Position numbers and translations under genes: made by a program
Assembly (NCBI RefSeq): GCF_009914755.1
Contig: NC_060925.1
Reading direction: 5' to 3' (one strand)
Length of the DNA stretch: 64,000 nt
Source: the human T2T-CHM13v2.0 reference genome, Homo sapiens
The notes under the pieces: model-generated
Told to the model about the DNA's origin: nothing
Seen by the model: only the letters and a program-made list of their open reading frames with translations
Databases searched by the model: none
Shown: piece by piece, positions 1 through 14,451 of the stretch
Numbering within the stretch: position 1 is the first letter of the stretch
Layout of the letters: every line of letters begins with the position of its first letter

Positions 1-64
1 CAAAAACAATGGGCATGAACTGTGGTGAACCCAAGAGCATTTACCCCCAAAGGACACAGCCACT

Positions 65-266
65 GCTCAGTGCCAGTTAGATATTTATTGCCTTGTGGGA
101 GTGGGGTGGGCAATCTTGAATGTGAGTTCAGTGTTATCAGAGTTTCCACTCCGAAAAGAAGGCAGCAATCCAGATCTTTCTATAAAATCATCCGATGTTT
201 AAGTGTTTCCCAAAAATGTTTGCTAATTGTGTGGCCCTCAGGCCACCCGTTTCTAGTCTTTGGTGT
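65..266 (-). ncRNA. Candidate terminal exon of a minus-strand spliced transcript with canonical poly(A) signal
   Basis: Minus strand: acceptor ...ctgtgtaactttggtatAG at 268-267; AATAAA at 89-84, CA about 18 nt downstream, then GU-rich GTGGCTGTGTCCTTTGG. Confidence 0.3.
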
Positions 267-790
267 CTATACCAAAGTTACACAGGGGCTAAATGTTAGA
301 AATTTCTTGATAGAAGTCAAGTTTGACAATTGGCTGGTTACATTATAAGTTGGTCACTATTTAGAACTTACTCTTTTATTTATTTAGGCCCTCCATTATA
401 TCTGCATAGATTAAATTACCTAACTATTTAAGTTGTTCTATAGGCTACATCTTGAAATCCTGATTTTAAAATGTGATTTTGTAGGGCTTTAAGTATAATA
501 ATAATGTATAAAATACATGTGTTTTCATTAGAAAACATTTCAAACAAGAGTAAAAATTTAATCACCCACACATCCAGACCTAGCACCTGTTAATTAAGAA
601 AGCTGACCTGTTTTGGTCCAAAAACCCCTCCTAAAGAATTTCTTGCTAAGCTCTGGTCTCCACTGGTAGTTATAGCAGGTGGCAACAAAGGGTCTTTAAA
701 TTCATCCATTGTGTTTACTAAATGTTTTCATGCTCTGAAGGAATGTCTTTTTGTCAAGTGAAATCTGTTGGAAACTGCAAGTCAATTCTT

Positions 791-1002
791 TTCTTTTTTT
801 TTGAGACAGAGTCTTGCTCTGTCACCCAGGCTGGAATGCAGTGGCGTGATCTCAGCTCACTGCAGCCTCTGCTCCCAGGTTCCAGCGATTCTCTTGCCTC
901 AGCTTCCCAGGTAGCTGTTATTACAGGAATGTGCCACTATGCCTGGCTAATTTTTGTATTTTTAGTAGAGATGGGGTTTCACCATGTTGGCCAGGCTGGT
1001 CT
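791..1002 (-). mobile_element. AluS-type SINE, 5'-truncated
   Basis: T-rich tail then reverse Alu right arm and part of left arm; TSD GTCAATTCTT at 781-790 and 1008-1017. Confidence 0.95.
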
Positions 1003-2039
1003 AAGTGGTCAATTCTTAAAGCACAAGTGGTGAGCTCCATTTTCATTCAGATTACACCAAGTTCATCATCACTGATAACTAGCTGACAAAGAATTTTTCT
1101 TCTGTTGGCCTGGACACTTTTTCTCTAATTTCTTGCATTGTATGAAAGAGAAGGTCTTTGAAGTGGCAAAAGATGAAAAGGATCCTAAATGCTTTTTGGA
1201 ACAGTCTAGGAGGAATTCGGTTTTAATAGTGCTTTCTTAGGGTTTGTCAATCCTAGAGTACAAAGGAGCGGAAGAAACTGCTAGAATAGAAAACCTAAAG
1301 TGGTGGGAGAATGGGAGAATGGCCAGGAAAGACTTCATGAGAAAGGGGGAAGGGAAGGAAATTAAAAAGAGTCTTGAGTGTTTGAAGAAAAAAAAAACTG
1401 TAAATTTGAAAGAAGGCAGTAAAAATCATTTTTCTATCAACTTTCAAGACTATGCAGGCATATTATGAAGAACTGCCCATATGCCAAATAGCACATTACA
1501 TAGGGTGAAAAAATGAATCTTTAAACAGGACATGACACATACTGGATGGCCAGCAATATATCCTAGACCACCAGAATATTAGTATCATTGCAGCTAGAGA
1601 CAGTAAACATATGAACTTGTTAGCAACAGATGAAAGTCATATGTGTACACCTACTGAAGTCAATGGTTATTCCATAATTCCTGTCAATGCCAAATCACTT
1701 CAGCAAGGCCTCTGACAGAAGTACTGGCTTCTCTCAATGTATGTATTTCAAAAACTCACTCTACAAAGCCTCTCATCTCTGCTGCCATTGAGGAAACTAG
1801 ATTGGAATCCCCTTGGAAGTTGTCATTGCAGTGCCCTCATCAGTCAAGAAGGTTGCTGCTGGGCAGCATGAGGCATCCCCTCCCTCTACAGGGGCTTCAT
1901 GGCTGGCCTCTTAGCATTCAGAGTCCCTCTGGCTGAATAAATGAAAGACTGTGAAATTGAACTCAAGTTACCATACAGTAGGTAAAGAAAGCACAGAAAC
2001 TGGGCCACCAAAGCAGCCCAGGAACATGCTTTAATGTCA

Positions 2040-2374
2040 TAATAAAGACATACCCGAGACTGGGCAATTTACAAAGGAATGAGGTTTAATTGGACTTACA
2101 GTTCCACGTGGCTGGAAAAGCCTGACAATCATGGTGGAAGGCAAGGAGGAGCAAGTCACATCTTACATGGATGGCAGCAGGCAAAGAGAGAGAGAGCTTG
2201 TGCAGGGGAACTCCTCTTTTTAAAAACCATCAGATCTCATGAAACTTATTCACTATCATGAGAACATCATGGGAAAGACTTGAATCCATGATTAAATTGG
2301 TTCCCACTGGTTGCCTCCACAACACATGGGAATTCAAGATGAGATCTGGATGGGGACACAGCCAAACCATATCA
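2040..2374 (-). mobile_element. THE1A/B-like MaLR solo LTR
   Basis: ATAAAGACATACCCGAGACTGGG...GGGAATTCAAGATGAGAT...GGGGACACAGCCAAACCATATCA, typical reverse-strand THE1. Confidence 0.92.
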
Positions 2375-2537
2375 CCATGTCATAAAGGAGAGAGCATAGC
2401 CAAGAGTTAATATATGCTTTGACATGAAAATACATAGAAAAGCCATTCTTCCTCTCATTCTCCTTTCCTTCCCCACTTTGGCCAAACACTTTAATTATGT
2501 ATATAGATATAGGGCTTATAAGATCTTTCTAAACTAA

Positions 2538-2898
<361 letters not shown>

Positions 2899-4128
2899 CA
2901 AAACTTACAAGTTATAAATGGGAAAAAACATAATACATCTGTAAACTCTTCTGAGCATTCCTTGCATAGCCACTACTCAAATTATTCCAGATTTTAAAAA
3001 ATTTCCCAGCAATAATAAGAAATTTAAGATCCTTTATAACTTTTCATATTACTTCTACATGTACTTTACTTGCTACTTATAAAATCAAGGCGAATAAGAA
3101 AGGTACTAGTAACCTGGTGTTACAGATGGGGAAAATAGAGCTCAGCTCTATAATTCCCTATATTTTCCTCCCTAATTTGATTTACTTTTTTATTGCTGAG
3201 GATATGATTGGAGAATATCAATGTGTAACAGAGTAGTTTTAAGACCAGCTGTCTGCTAAATGATGGTAAGTATTAAACGTTTCAGATGCCATAGGGCCAA
3301 AGTTATTCAATAAAAATTCATTGCTAACAAGAATGAAATAAAAATAGCTGGAATTATTTTAATTATTGGCTCTAATAAAGTGAGAGTTCATTCATCTATC
3401 AATACGTGTTCAGCCTGAAATTGATAAAAGTTTAAAAAGCTAATTAAGATGGTAGGGGTCTAGTAGAAAGGTTAAAAAAAAATCACCTACAGAAAATATT
3501 GCTTGACATTTTTCACGATTCCTTGATGAGTATTACGGATTTTGTTTTTCAAGGATAGGATACATTTAGGGAAATATGGAAAAATAAAGAATATGGCAGA
3601 GCTCTATAGACTTATATTAACTCACATTTAGTAAACTGCCAACATCCTCTTAATTTTCATGTAAAATCTTTGATGTGGAATTGCACCAATGTGTTCTCTA
3701 AATTTAAGCTGCAGTCTCTAAGTTTGACTCATACCTTGCCTATTTAGAAGAGAACAAGGAGAACAGATTTGAATTTAGAATACATAATTGTAAAATTTCT
3801 CTTGAAATCAAAAAGTAAAAACTAAAAGAGTAAATAAATCCCAAAATATTCACTGAAAAAAAAAATGGGGGAAGAAATCTGATCTAACATCTTTGAGAAA
3901 AATGACTCTTCAAAGGAAGTCTACTTATTTTAAACAATGTCAAAACAGATGTTTGTGGACAGTTGTGAATAAGTTTAAAAAATCATTATGACATATTCTA
4001 TTGAATAAGGCAACATAAACAGAAAAATAGGCCCAATCAAATCATATAAATTTTATTGATCCTAATAACTGATTCCAATAAAAAGTACATTAAAATATAG
4101 CTAAATTTTATATTTAAAAAGTTACTTT

Positions 4129-4408
<280 letters not shown>

Positions 4409-4578
4409 AGTTATTTTTTAAAAGTCTTAGTAAAAACAATATCCCACTTTTCATATAATAAAATGGAAATTTAAACAGATAATTCACAACCAGAGTAATG
4501 ATTCTGTAAGTTAAACATTCAAATCTTCATGAACTTTTCCACCCTCCAGTATTGTATAAGCCCAATTTCTGAAGTTAC

Positions 4579-4648
4579 CTGGGTCTCAGTTTCTTTACCA
4601 AAACAAATTTTAGCATAATTTTTTAAGACGCTGGAATAAAACTTACTT
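4579..4648 (-). ncRNA. Candidate internal exon (70 nt; alternative acceptor gives 4579-4630)
   Basis: Minus strand: donor CAG|GTAACT; acceptors ttttgaaatattgtAG or agttttattccAG. Confidence 0.2.
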
Positions 4649-4927
4649 CTACAATATTTCAAAATAAAGGCTTCTAAAGAAATCATCGTCATAGATGAAA
4701 GAAGCACATTTTGTAAAAATAATAGTTAATGTTTTCTGTTAAATCAAGCTTAAGGTAAATTAAAAGCAAAGTTAAAAGTTTCATTAATTTTGGCCATTAG
4801 AGGAATGGGCTAATTATTTCCGAAATATAATATGTAGTAATTAAACAACTACTAAGTGAAATCATAAAGCACTCTGTGTCAACTTCTTCTCATACAAAGA
4901 AACTAGTAACCTAAGTAACTTTTGGGC

Positions 4928-5224
4928 TTTTTTTTTTTTTTTTTTTGAGATGGAGTCTCACTCTGTCACCCAGGTGCAGTGGCACCATCTCGGCTTACTG
5001 CAACCTCTGCCTCCCAGGTTCAAGCAATTCACCTGCCTCAGCTCCAGAGTGGCTGGGACTACAGGCGCCCACCACCATGCCTGGCTAATTTTTTTTGTAT
5101 TTTTTGTAGAGACGGGGTTTCACCATGTTGGTCAGGCTGGTCTCAAACTCGTGACCTCAAATGATCTGCCCACCTCGGCCTCCCAAAGTGCTGGGATTAC
5201 AGGAGTGAGCCACCACATCTGGCC
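4928..5224 (-). mobile_element. AluSx-type SINE
   Basis: Poly-T followed by complete reverse Alu ending CCACCACATCTGGCC. Confidence 0.95.
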
Positions 5225-6899
5225 AAATTTTAAGCTTTCAACACTTTCTTTTATCAGCACCAACATAATATTTAAGGTGACATTTTATCCTCCTTGAAAC
5301 TTCAACATCTGCTGTTCAACAAATACCTGTATTATGAGTAAGTGTTTAATAAATAATATCACATTACTGATACTTCAATACAAATTAGACATTATAAATC
5401 CTATATATATCTGTGATAAAATGACAATGGAAGTAAAATAGCTGTATATTTCATGTAAAAATTTAGACATACATTCCATAGTATGTCTATGAAATAGACA
5501 AGAAAATCATTTTTGCACAATTATAACTTGTTTCACAATCCGTAATGTTGCTTCAAACTTATAATTTGGACCAAAATGGAATTACATCTGAAAAATCTCT
5601 AGTGCATTTAGTAATGGTTAGACAATCTATACCTTGATTACAGTATGTGCCCACTCTGAACTTTAAAAAGAAGGAATAGCAATTTTATAGTAATCTGATA
5701 AAGAAGCATTTGGACCTTTGGGGAAAGAGTTAATGAATTACAGATCTGAAACCGGGTTTCATGGATTCACTGTGAACTTTCATTCTAATAGTTAAAGTAG
5801 ATGTCTATCAAATTGCTTATGAGGACAAATTTATGGAAAATAACCAAGAGTAAAGCTTTGTTCTTATTAAGAAACATGAATATGTATGTAATTTTAGCCA
5901 GACTAAATTAACCCAAAAATGAATAAATAAAAAAAGGACAATAATTGTTGTCACAAGAGAAGACTTGTCTCCCTTCCCCCTCTTAGAAAAGCATTTATGC
6001 TCAGAATTTTTTTAAAATTCACATTTTTAAATAAAACCATTTGGAAAGAAACAAAAGGAAAAGAATCTGCAAGGAAACCATTAAGGAGTAAGAAGCATGT
6101 ATAGTTCACCTCATTAGTAATAAACCTTCTTAAAACAGGGAGAGCCTGCAGTTTAAATACAGTGCTTGATATAAACATAAGACATGAAACTTAGTGTTCA
6201 TGCAAGCAGTGCATTATTGCTGAAGTGTGTCAATTTTCTAAGCATGACTATTTAGAAAGGTTACATTGAGTCATCAATCCTAATTCTACATTAAACATCT
6301 TGTGAAACTCCATGTGCTCTGAACAGAGTAAGATCCTATTTTAGCAGCAACAGTATAAATAGGAAGTAAATATAAAATGTATCACAGATAGTCCTGTGAA
6401 TTTTTCTGTGTCTTTTTGTGGGTATGGTACATTAACATGTATTCCCCCTGGTGGATGCTCAACTAATTATGTGAACCAATATCAATAAATAAGTGAAGTA
6501 TACCTGTGACTTCACCTTTATTTTCAATCTAACGATTTAACTTGATGGATGTCCATTGATAATTAGGGATTTCCCATATGAAATTGGTACTATTTGAGTT
6601 TAGCAAACTTACAAATTATATTGCTATTATGTCTCTTGTTCCCTTGGGCTACTGATTCTTCTGTAACCTTTTGATTTGCAAAGATCTGAGGGTTAGGAGC
6701 TACTACAACAAACAACAACAACAAAGCCAAGGCAATCTGGACTGTTTTTATTAATAAATTTAACTCTGGCATTATCAAACATAAAATAGAAATAAATAAC
6801 TATAATTTTATGGCCTTTATGTTCTAGATATTTCAAATATACTAGTCATCAGCATTTCAAAGACTTTGGAATAAAATCAGTTATTACACCCAAGCGATT

Positions 6900-7050
6900 C
6901 GTTAATGTTTACAAAGCACTTTCATAGATCATCTTATTTAATTCTTACAATTCTGTGCTGTAAGTATAGGATTACTATCTCTGCTTTATAGGCTCAGAGA
7001 AGTTAAGCAATTCACGATTAATACTCTGCACCTGTTTTTCTAATTCCAAG
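6900..7050 (-). mobile_element. MIR fragment
   Basis: AAAGCACTTTCA...TTATTTAATTCTTACAA...GGCTCAGAGAAGTTAAGCAA resembles reverse MIR core. Confidence 0.6.
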
Positions 7051-7299
7051 TCCTCTTTAAAGAGCATCAGTACTATCATTTGATATCTCCATTTTCCAAA
7101 ACTCTAAACAAATTTTTTAATAAGAAGAAATAGAAAAAGAAGGGAAACAAGGAAAGCAGATAACTGATTCATTGATTCTCCCCACCCCCAAAACAAGCGC
7201 TTTGGGAATCTATCGGGTACTTCTCTGAGGACTTTCAGTCAATAGGAACAAAGTGAAAGGCAAGAATCCATAAGCCACCAAGTGTGTATCATTAATATT

Positions 7300-7990
7300 C
7301 ATGACTGAAGGTGTAAGGAAAAAGAAGATGAAGTCAAAGCAAATGCCAAAACTCAGATTTTAAAGGAAAGAAAAACAGTGCACCTGACCAAAATGGAAAA
7401 ACTGGAAGATGGAATCAGTTTCTAAAGAAAGATAAGAAGTATGGTTTTATACTTGAGATGATTTTGAGAAATTCAAGATGTATTGCACGGACCTCAAAAC
7501 TGAAATTCAGGTAAGAATGCAGGACTACTGCTGTAAACTTGAGCCACCAACATAGATATATGAAAATATAAGTGCAGATTTGCTTTGCAGGACGTAGAAC
7601 AAGCTTATCCGACCCACAAGTGGGCCACATGTGGGCTACATGTGGCTGAGGACAGCTTTGAATGTGGCCCAACACAAATTCATAAAATTTCTTAAAACAT
7701 TATGAGAATATTTTTGTGTTTATTACTTTTTTAGCTCATTAGCTATCATTAGTGTTAGTGTATTTCATATGTGGTCCAAGACAATTCTTCTTCTGATGTG
7801 ACCCAGGAAAGCCAAAAGATTGGATACCCCTGATGTAGAATGAAAAGACAAGGATTAATCTTGGAAACCAGTCATAAATATAGAAGAGAAGCAATAAGTG
7901 TAACCAGAGAAGGAAACTAAGAAAGGATGGAGAAAATTGGTGACTACTGTACCATCCAAACTAAGGGAAGAGAAACCATTAAGAAGTGAT
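7300..7990 (-). mobile_element. Degraded L2 LINE fragment interrupted by MER30
   Basis: Purine-rich reverse L2-like sequence on both sides of MER30. Confidence 0.45.
7600..7832 (-). mobile_element. MER30 hAT-Charlie DNA transposon (full length)
   Basis: CAAGCTTATCCGACCC...GCTATCATTAGTGTTAGTGTATTT...GCCAAAAGATTGGATACCCCTG; 8-bp TSD ACGTAGAA (7592-7599) / ATGTAGAA (7833-7840). Confidence 0.92.
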
Positions 7991-7995
7991 ATTCA

Positions 7996-8353
<358 letters not shown>

Positions 8354-8633
8354 TTAATGAAAACATGGTGATATTACTGCAAGATAATAAAACTTAAAAG
8401 TGAGTATCTTAAAAATAGTATAAATGCATATTCTCCAAGATGTTTCTTTTTCAATCAATCCTGATGAAAATATATTCAATATCACAGATCCTTATCTATG
8501 CCAAAACCCTCTAACAGTAATGGTTGTTGATTATTAATAATATGACTAATATATAATAATGCATCATATTATAATTAAACTAGAAAAATGTTAGTAGTCT
8601 AGTATCTTCTAGAAAAACCACAAAGCTACATAC

Positions 8634-8740
8634 TTCAAACAGTTCTAAGATTCGTGGTATGGAACTGGATTAGTTTTGGTATTTTTGTTGTTAAATTCCA
8701 GAAAAAAAACTCATGAGATACCACTCTAGAGTGCTTTACA
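8634..8740 (-). ncRNA. Candidate internal non-coding exon (107 nt)
   Basis: Minus strand: acceptor tttatgttcataatgttcAG, donor GAA|GTATGT; stops in all three frames. Confidence 0.2.
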
Positions 8741-9323
8741 CTGAACATTATGAACATAAACCATACAATCAACACTGATTTATGTAATGATGTCACATAT
8801 GTTAAGAACAGACAAAATAATTTGGATGAATACATTTTTAAAAAGTCCAAACTGGCTTCTTCCCTCCTCTCTGTCTGGAATTTAAGAAATAAGAAGTCTA
8901 CTGAAATCTTACACCCTGAAAAATTGTTTCACTTACGAAGGACATTAATATGTTTTCTGTGCTAAAGATCTGGTTAGAATTTTGGAGAAAATGAAGGCAG
9001 AAGGCAATAGAATTGCCAAAAAGACTGAGTATTATTCAGTAATTTCAAGTCTTTAGACAGTATTGTGAGAGTATGGGAGAAATGTAATCAACTACAAACC
9101 CGGTTTTGTTTTTTTTTAATACAAGAAAGTATAAGCCACAAGACAGTATCTCAATTAGACTCCAATTCAATAACTAAAGAAGGGGATGATAACGTAAGTT
9201 CCTTTTTCTATCTCCTAAAGCTTACACTTTGTTGGTACATGACTTTCTAAGCTTAAGCTTTACTGACACATGACCACAACCCTGCGATAAGGTGATGTTC
9301 CATTTATACAAACAAACAACAAC

Positions 9324-9875
9324 TGTGGTATCATAGGAAGATACTTGGTCTTTGTCCCTGGTTTCTGGTACAGTGCTCCTAATGCCCTTGAAATTTCCTG
9401 AGTGAAAAGGGTGAGGAGAACCTCTTTTTTTCTAAAGAATTGACTCTTGGCAGGCCCCCAGATAGCTTCAGAATTAGGGCTGGTCACCAGAAATACCAAG
9501 TCTTGATTAAAAACTTAGAACTTTCAGCCACACTCCCATCAACTTCCAAAGAGAAGAGAAGGACTGAAGACTGAGTTCATCAATGATGACCATGATTTAA
9601 TCATTCATGCCTACATAATGGAAACATTGTAACACCACCTAACAGATGGAGCTCGAAGAGCTTCTAGGCTGGTGAACACATCAACATGCTGGAAGGTGGT
9701 GTGCCAGAGAGAGCATGGAAGCTCTGTGCCCCTCCCAGTCAGGCTTATGGGACTGAGCTCTTTACATGTGTGACCTGTTGCTAGTAGCATTGTAGATAGC
9801 ATCAGAATTGAACTGAAGTACTGGATACCCAGTTGGTGCCTAGAGAATCAGAGAACTGATTGTTGGTGTTTGAAA
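9324..9875 (+). mobile_element. MER21(C)-like ERVL LTR, internally deleted
   Basis: TTGGTCTTTGTCCCTGGTTTCTGG, GGGCTGGTCACCAGAAA, CATGATTTAATCATTCATGCCTACATAATG, GAGAGCATGGAAGCTCTGTGCCCC. Confidence 0.85.
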
Positions 9876-9939
9876 ACATTCAAAAACAATAACAGTAGTA
9901 TCTACATCTTGGTTTCTTAATTTCATTTTATACCACAAA

Positions 9940-10560
9940 TAAATAAAGCTCCTGGGAGACATGGCTGACACTGAGGTTGTGGCATGGAACATACAAAACC
10001 AGCCTGGAGCATCTTTTTGTGCCAGAAAAGTAAGAAAATGAACCAAGAGTTATGGGGATGTGTCAATAAGTCACAAGAAGGCAGCTTGAAGGGGCTCTCT
10101 CTGGAAAAATCTGGGACAATTTGAGGATCAAAATAAATAATGATAGCAATGGATTATAACTCATTGAATAAAATGGGAATCCATCGGTCTACCTTGACAT
10201 AAATAAATAAATGAATAAGCTGATGGGGAATGGAATAATTATAGTCTCAATTTATCGCACCACAAAATTCTTATTACTCTCCAAGGGGGAAAGAGCAACT
10301 TTATAGTGGAAAAGCCTGGTAGATACCCCCAGTCAAGTGACCAAGATAATGTCATCAGTAATGAGACAAAGGGCAATTTGTGCCATCTGATATAATGCGA
10401 TGAGATCACTGCATCACTTCTGTGATATTCCTGCCAAAGACACATAACCTGAATCTAATCACGAAGAAACACCATAATAGCCCAAATTGAGGAACACTCT
10501 ACAAAATAACTGGTCTGCAATCTTCAAAATTGCTAGTCATGAAAGTCAGGGAAAGAATGT
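9940..10560 (+). mobile_element. L1MC4-like LINE-1 3' end fragment
   Basis: CTTTATAGTGGAAAAGCCTGG, CATCACTTCTGTGATATTCCTGCCAAA, CATAACCTGAATCTAATCA, CCCAAATTGAGGAACACTCTACAAAATAACTGG. Confidence 0.85.
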
Positions 10561-10772
10561 CAATTTAATTAGAAACTCATATTTTGTGTCAATGAAATTA
10601 AACTGGTCTTAGAATTTCCAGTAATCCTTTGAATATCTTTATTTTTACTTCCTTCCATGTGGCTCACACTCTCTTTTCTTTTATTCTCTCCTTTTTTCCT
10701 TATTTTTCCTTTTCTCCAGACTCCAAAAAGTTACTGTTGCCTGGAAGTAATATTACCTCCAGTGGATCTTGA

Positions 10773-11173
<401 letters not shown>

Positions 11174-11224
11174 TAATCTGGCAGAGGTGATAATTTGAAG
11201 GAAATTTGTGTACTGTTTTTCAGG

Positions 11225-11330
11225 TTATGAAGCACTTCATCTAGCTTACCTCATCTGATTCGCATATTTATTGTATGAGATAGGTATTACTATGTTTCTC
11301 ATTTTAAAAATGAGGAAGGTGAGGCAGATT
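11225..11330 (-). mobile_element. MIR fragment
   Basis: GTATGAGATAGGTATTACTATG...CATTTTAAAAATGAGGAAGGTGAGGCA, MIR core reversed. Confidence 0.65.
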
Positions 11331-12092
11331 CAATCCATTACAAGGTTTGTGAATTACAGTGAGTACTTCTAACATCAGTACTACACAGCTGTCTTCCCTA
11401 CATACAGGGGACTGTTTGCATTTCAGCATTATCAAAAAGAAGAAGAAATCTATTAGAGAAAGAACAGCCACCGAAATAAGTTGGTATTGTTCAGGTTGCT
11501 CAATGTGAATGAATAACAGTCACTATGCCATCTCAATTAATGAATGGATGACTGTAGTAATCTATCTTCTTTTCCATTGTTGCTTAGCTTTTTAACTAAA
11601 ATGGACAGTCTTCTATTGTTAATTGTTTTCTTTTTAAAGAAGAGGGAAAAAAATAAAATGAATAAAATCAATTATACTTGTTGGTGAATTCCATATATTT
11701 GAGGCACAACTTTACTGTTTTAATTAAATGGAAATATAGGCTCATTGTTTTAAAGACAATAAAAAGACAATTCAAACCCTGACATTGGGCCTTCCCCATA
11801 TCCCAACCCCATCTGTTTTAAGTGGAACATCTAGGACAACTAGGCTAACCACGGTTTAGAAGATTAGATTCTGATAACAGCCAATTGTAAATAACTACCT
11901 GCATTCTAATTATTCCTCTAAAAATCCAACTAATAACAAGTCCACTGCTCTCTACACTTCTGTAAAGTTTGAATCATTGTCTAGTTTGAAGTAATCTGGT
12001 AAGGCTGGCAAATGTTAAGTCAAAATAAACTGCATATAAGTTAGAACGGATTCCCAGTGAATAATTCTAGGATTTATTCCATTCATACTGAC

Positions 12093-12373
12093 TTTTTGTG
12101 TGTGTGTTGGGGGGAACAGTTTCTCCCTCTGTCACCCAGGATGGAGTGCAGTGATACGATCATGGCTTGTTGCAGCCTCTGCCTCCTGGTCTCACCCACC
12201 TCAGCCTCTCAAAAAGCTGGTACCACAAGTGCACAGCAACATGCCCAGCTAAATTTTTTTTATTGTTGTAGAGACAGGGGTCTCATTGTGTTGCCCAGGC
12301 TGGTGTCAAACTCCTGGGCTCAGGCAATCCTCCTGCCTCAGCCTCTCAAAGTGCTGGGATTATAGGCATGAGT
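12093..12373 (-). mobile_element. AluJ-type SINE
   Basis: Diverged reverse Alu with CTCCTGGGCTCAGGCAATCCTCCTGCCTCAGCC. Confidence 0.9.
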
Positions 12374-12464
12374 GAATTTTAATAGTATGAATTCTGAAAC
12401 TCAAGAGAAACCTGTTATAAGGAAACTTATTGGCATAAAGAAGCAATTGTGACTTCATATTTAT

Positions 12465-12640
12465 GAGAGTTGAGGTCAAATTCCTGGTTCATCTCTTCTC
12501 AGATGTGTGCCCTTTATCTCTTTGGGCCTTAGCTTGCTCATATGTAAAATGGGGGTAAAAATACTATGTATCTCTCAGACCCATGATGTCTAAATGAGAT
12601 GAGGTGTCACTGGTACAAAACATGTTCGTTATTGTTAGCA
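12465..12640 (+). mobile_element. MIR fragment
   Basis: GGGCCTTAGCTTGCTCATATGTAAAATGGGG core. Confidence 0.6.
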
Positions 12641-12984
12641 TTTACATTTGTATTACAAATATAAATACTCTCATCTCTGGAAATGAATGTAATCTAGAGA
12701 CAATAATATTATTTAAATTTCTTTGAATACTATTCCAAATTAGAATATTTTAAGGAGAGCAAAATGCCTGAGAATATCTATTTGCTCAGTATTGCCATCA
12801 GCCCTATTGCATGGCCAGGGATCTACTCTAGAGGGAAGACTTTAGGCAAACTGTCTTCTATCAACCCTGCCTTTTAAAGTGGTCCTCTACCTCCATCTCA
12901 TCAGCTCACTGGAGCACTCAGCATCTAGAACCAGCTAGTGAAATCTGAGCACTCAATTAACAATAAAGTGAAGTGAAAAAAATG

Positions 12985-13160
12985 GTTTGAGTTTGAATCA
13001 CAGCTCTATCGTTTTCTTGCTATGTGACCTTTGCATACATAGTTCATTAACACCATTATCACCTTCCTCCTCTCCTGGAGACTTAGGATTTAGAAAGACA
13101 GGATCACTAAAAGACACATTACTTGGCACACAGCAGTCACTCAGTAAATATTAATTATCT
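12985..13160 (+). mobile_element. MIR fragment
   Basis: GAGTTTGAATCACAGCTCT...GCTATGTGACCTT and TGGCACACAG...CTCAGTAAATATT. Confidence 0.55.
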
Positions 13161-14404
13161 ATGGCCTTCATTTCACTCCCTTCTAGGAGGATGCACATAA
13201 GAAGAAAACAATTGCAATGCAAAGAAATTCGTCTTTAGTGGTAGAACTTTGGGACTCAGTAGTACCTTGGTAGGGAAGATATTTTGAGGCCTGGAGTATT
13301 TCTAGCATCTGTCATATCACAAGAGGCAACCACTTCAACCATCCTGCAGAAAGTAGACTATGGCTAGAGGTGATGTTTCTATAAACTCCCCAAGGAAAAA
13401 TTCTGCAAGTACTTGTGTGAGAGCAGGAAATCTATCTCCCTTGCTCTATGAAAGAGGACAGGGACTTTCTTTTCTAGACAAATGTTTGAAAATGAAAAAA
13501 CCAGTATGATTAAAACTAAACATTACATAGCACATTTTTAAAATGTTTAATGATAGAAAACATAGCTCATTTTTTCAAAGTTGATATTATTACCTGGGAA
13601 GGCTTACTTATGTTTAAAATTATCTAGTGCTCATGGCACTCAGTGCTCATCATGTTAAGAACTCAGGTTAGCTCAAAAATGACAGGGCATGATACATATA
13701 GAAGTAGGAAACTCCAACATGGCACAGCTGCTATATTCTTGCATAATCAATTATGATTGAATTTATTTATTTTTCCACTTGATAAAATATATTCTGGAAA
13801 TGCATTGAGAAACATGCACAAAAAGAACCTGGTTAAATTATTTTAAACAATTAAATATCAAATAATTCAAAAAATAAACTGCTAGTATCAAATGTCAAAT
13901 GCATAAAATGTCAATTTCTCGGAAAGGGTGCAGCACATTTCATTTCTATTATGCTTTTAGCACCTTTTCTCTATTTCTAGAGACAAATAAATTTTGAGGA
14001 AGCCTAATTAGCTGTCTATTCAAGCACAACTCAGTGAAAAAGCTAAGGGTATTCTTGGCTGTTTCCTCTCAACTTCTGATTCTTTAGAATGCTGAATTTA
14101 TGCTTAAACTCCCTCAAAGACCCTGGGATCAACTGCCAATTTTATTTTCTACAATGCTGGATTATGAAAACACAGCATCAATAGCATTTTTTTTCCACAT
14201 AATTTTGGTAGAAAAACTATAGGACTTTAAGAATAAAACTCAGCAACAAGTTGGGTGTTTTTAGCAGTGTAGAAGAAAAGACAAGGGTTTATTGCCATGT
14301 TTCATATGCATGATTTTGATGCATGCTGCCCCAAAGCCAATTCAAACAGCAGTCAGGGACTGCAGCAAATTCATTTACTCTGGAGAAGAACATGAGTTTC
14401 TTAC

Positions 14405-14451
14405 GTTGCTTCCAACTTGAACAAGCCCCATCCCTGGGGTCAACTGGCTCA
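14405..14451 (-). ncRNA. Candidate 47-nt exon (or 3' end of a longer first exon)
   Basis: Minus strand: acceptor ttgttcctcattcgactttctcAG, donor AAC|GTAAGA. Confidence 0.35.

Noticed and set aside
22-348. 108-aa plus-strand ORF
   Set aside because: GTG start, no homology recognised, no splice or promoter context
2034-2385. 9-bp direct repeat ATGTCATAA flanking the THE1 LTR
   Set aside because: Not flush with the LTR ends and longer than the usual 5-bp MaLR TSD; one LTR end looks rearranged, so it is not interpretable
6110-6145. 36-nt minus-strand mini-exon encoding ALPVLRRFITNE
   Set aside because: Weak acceptor and donor, and it does not keep frame with the next candidate exon; kept only as a weak member of the lncRNA hypothesis
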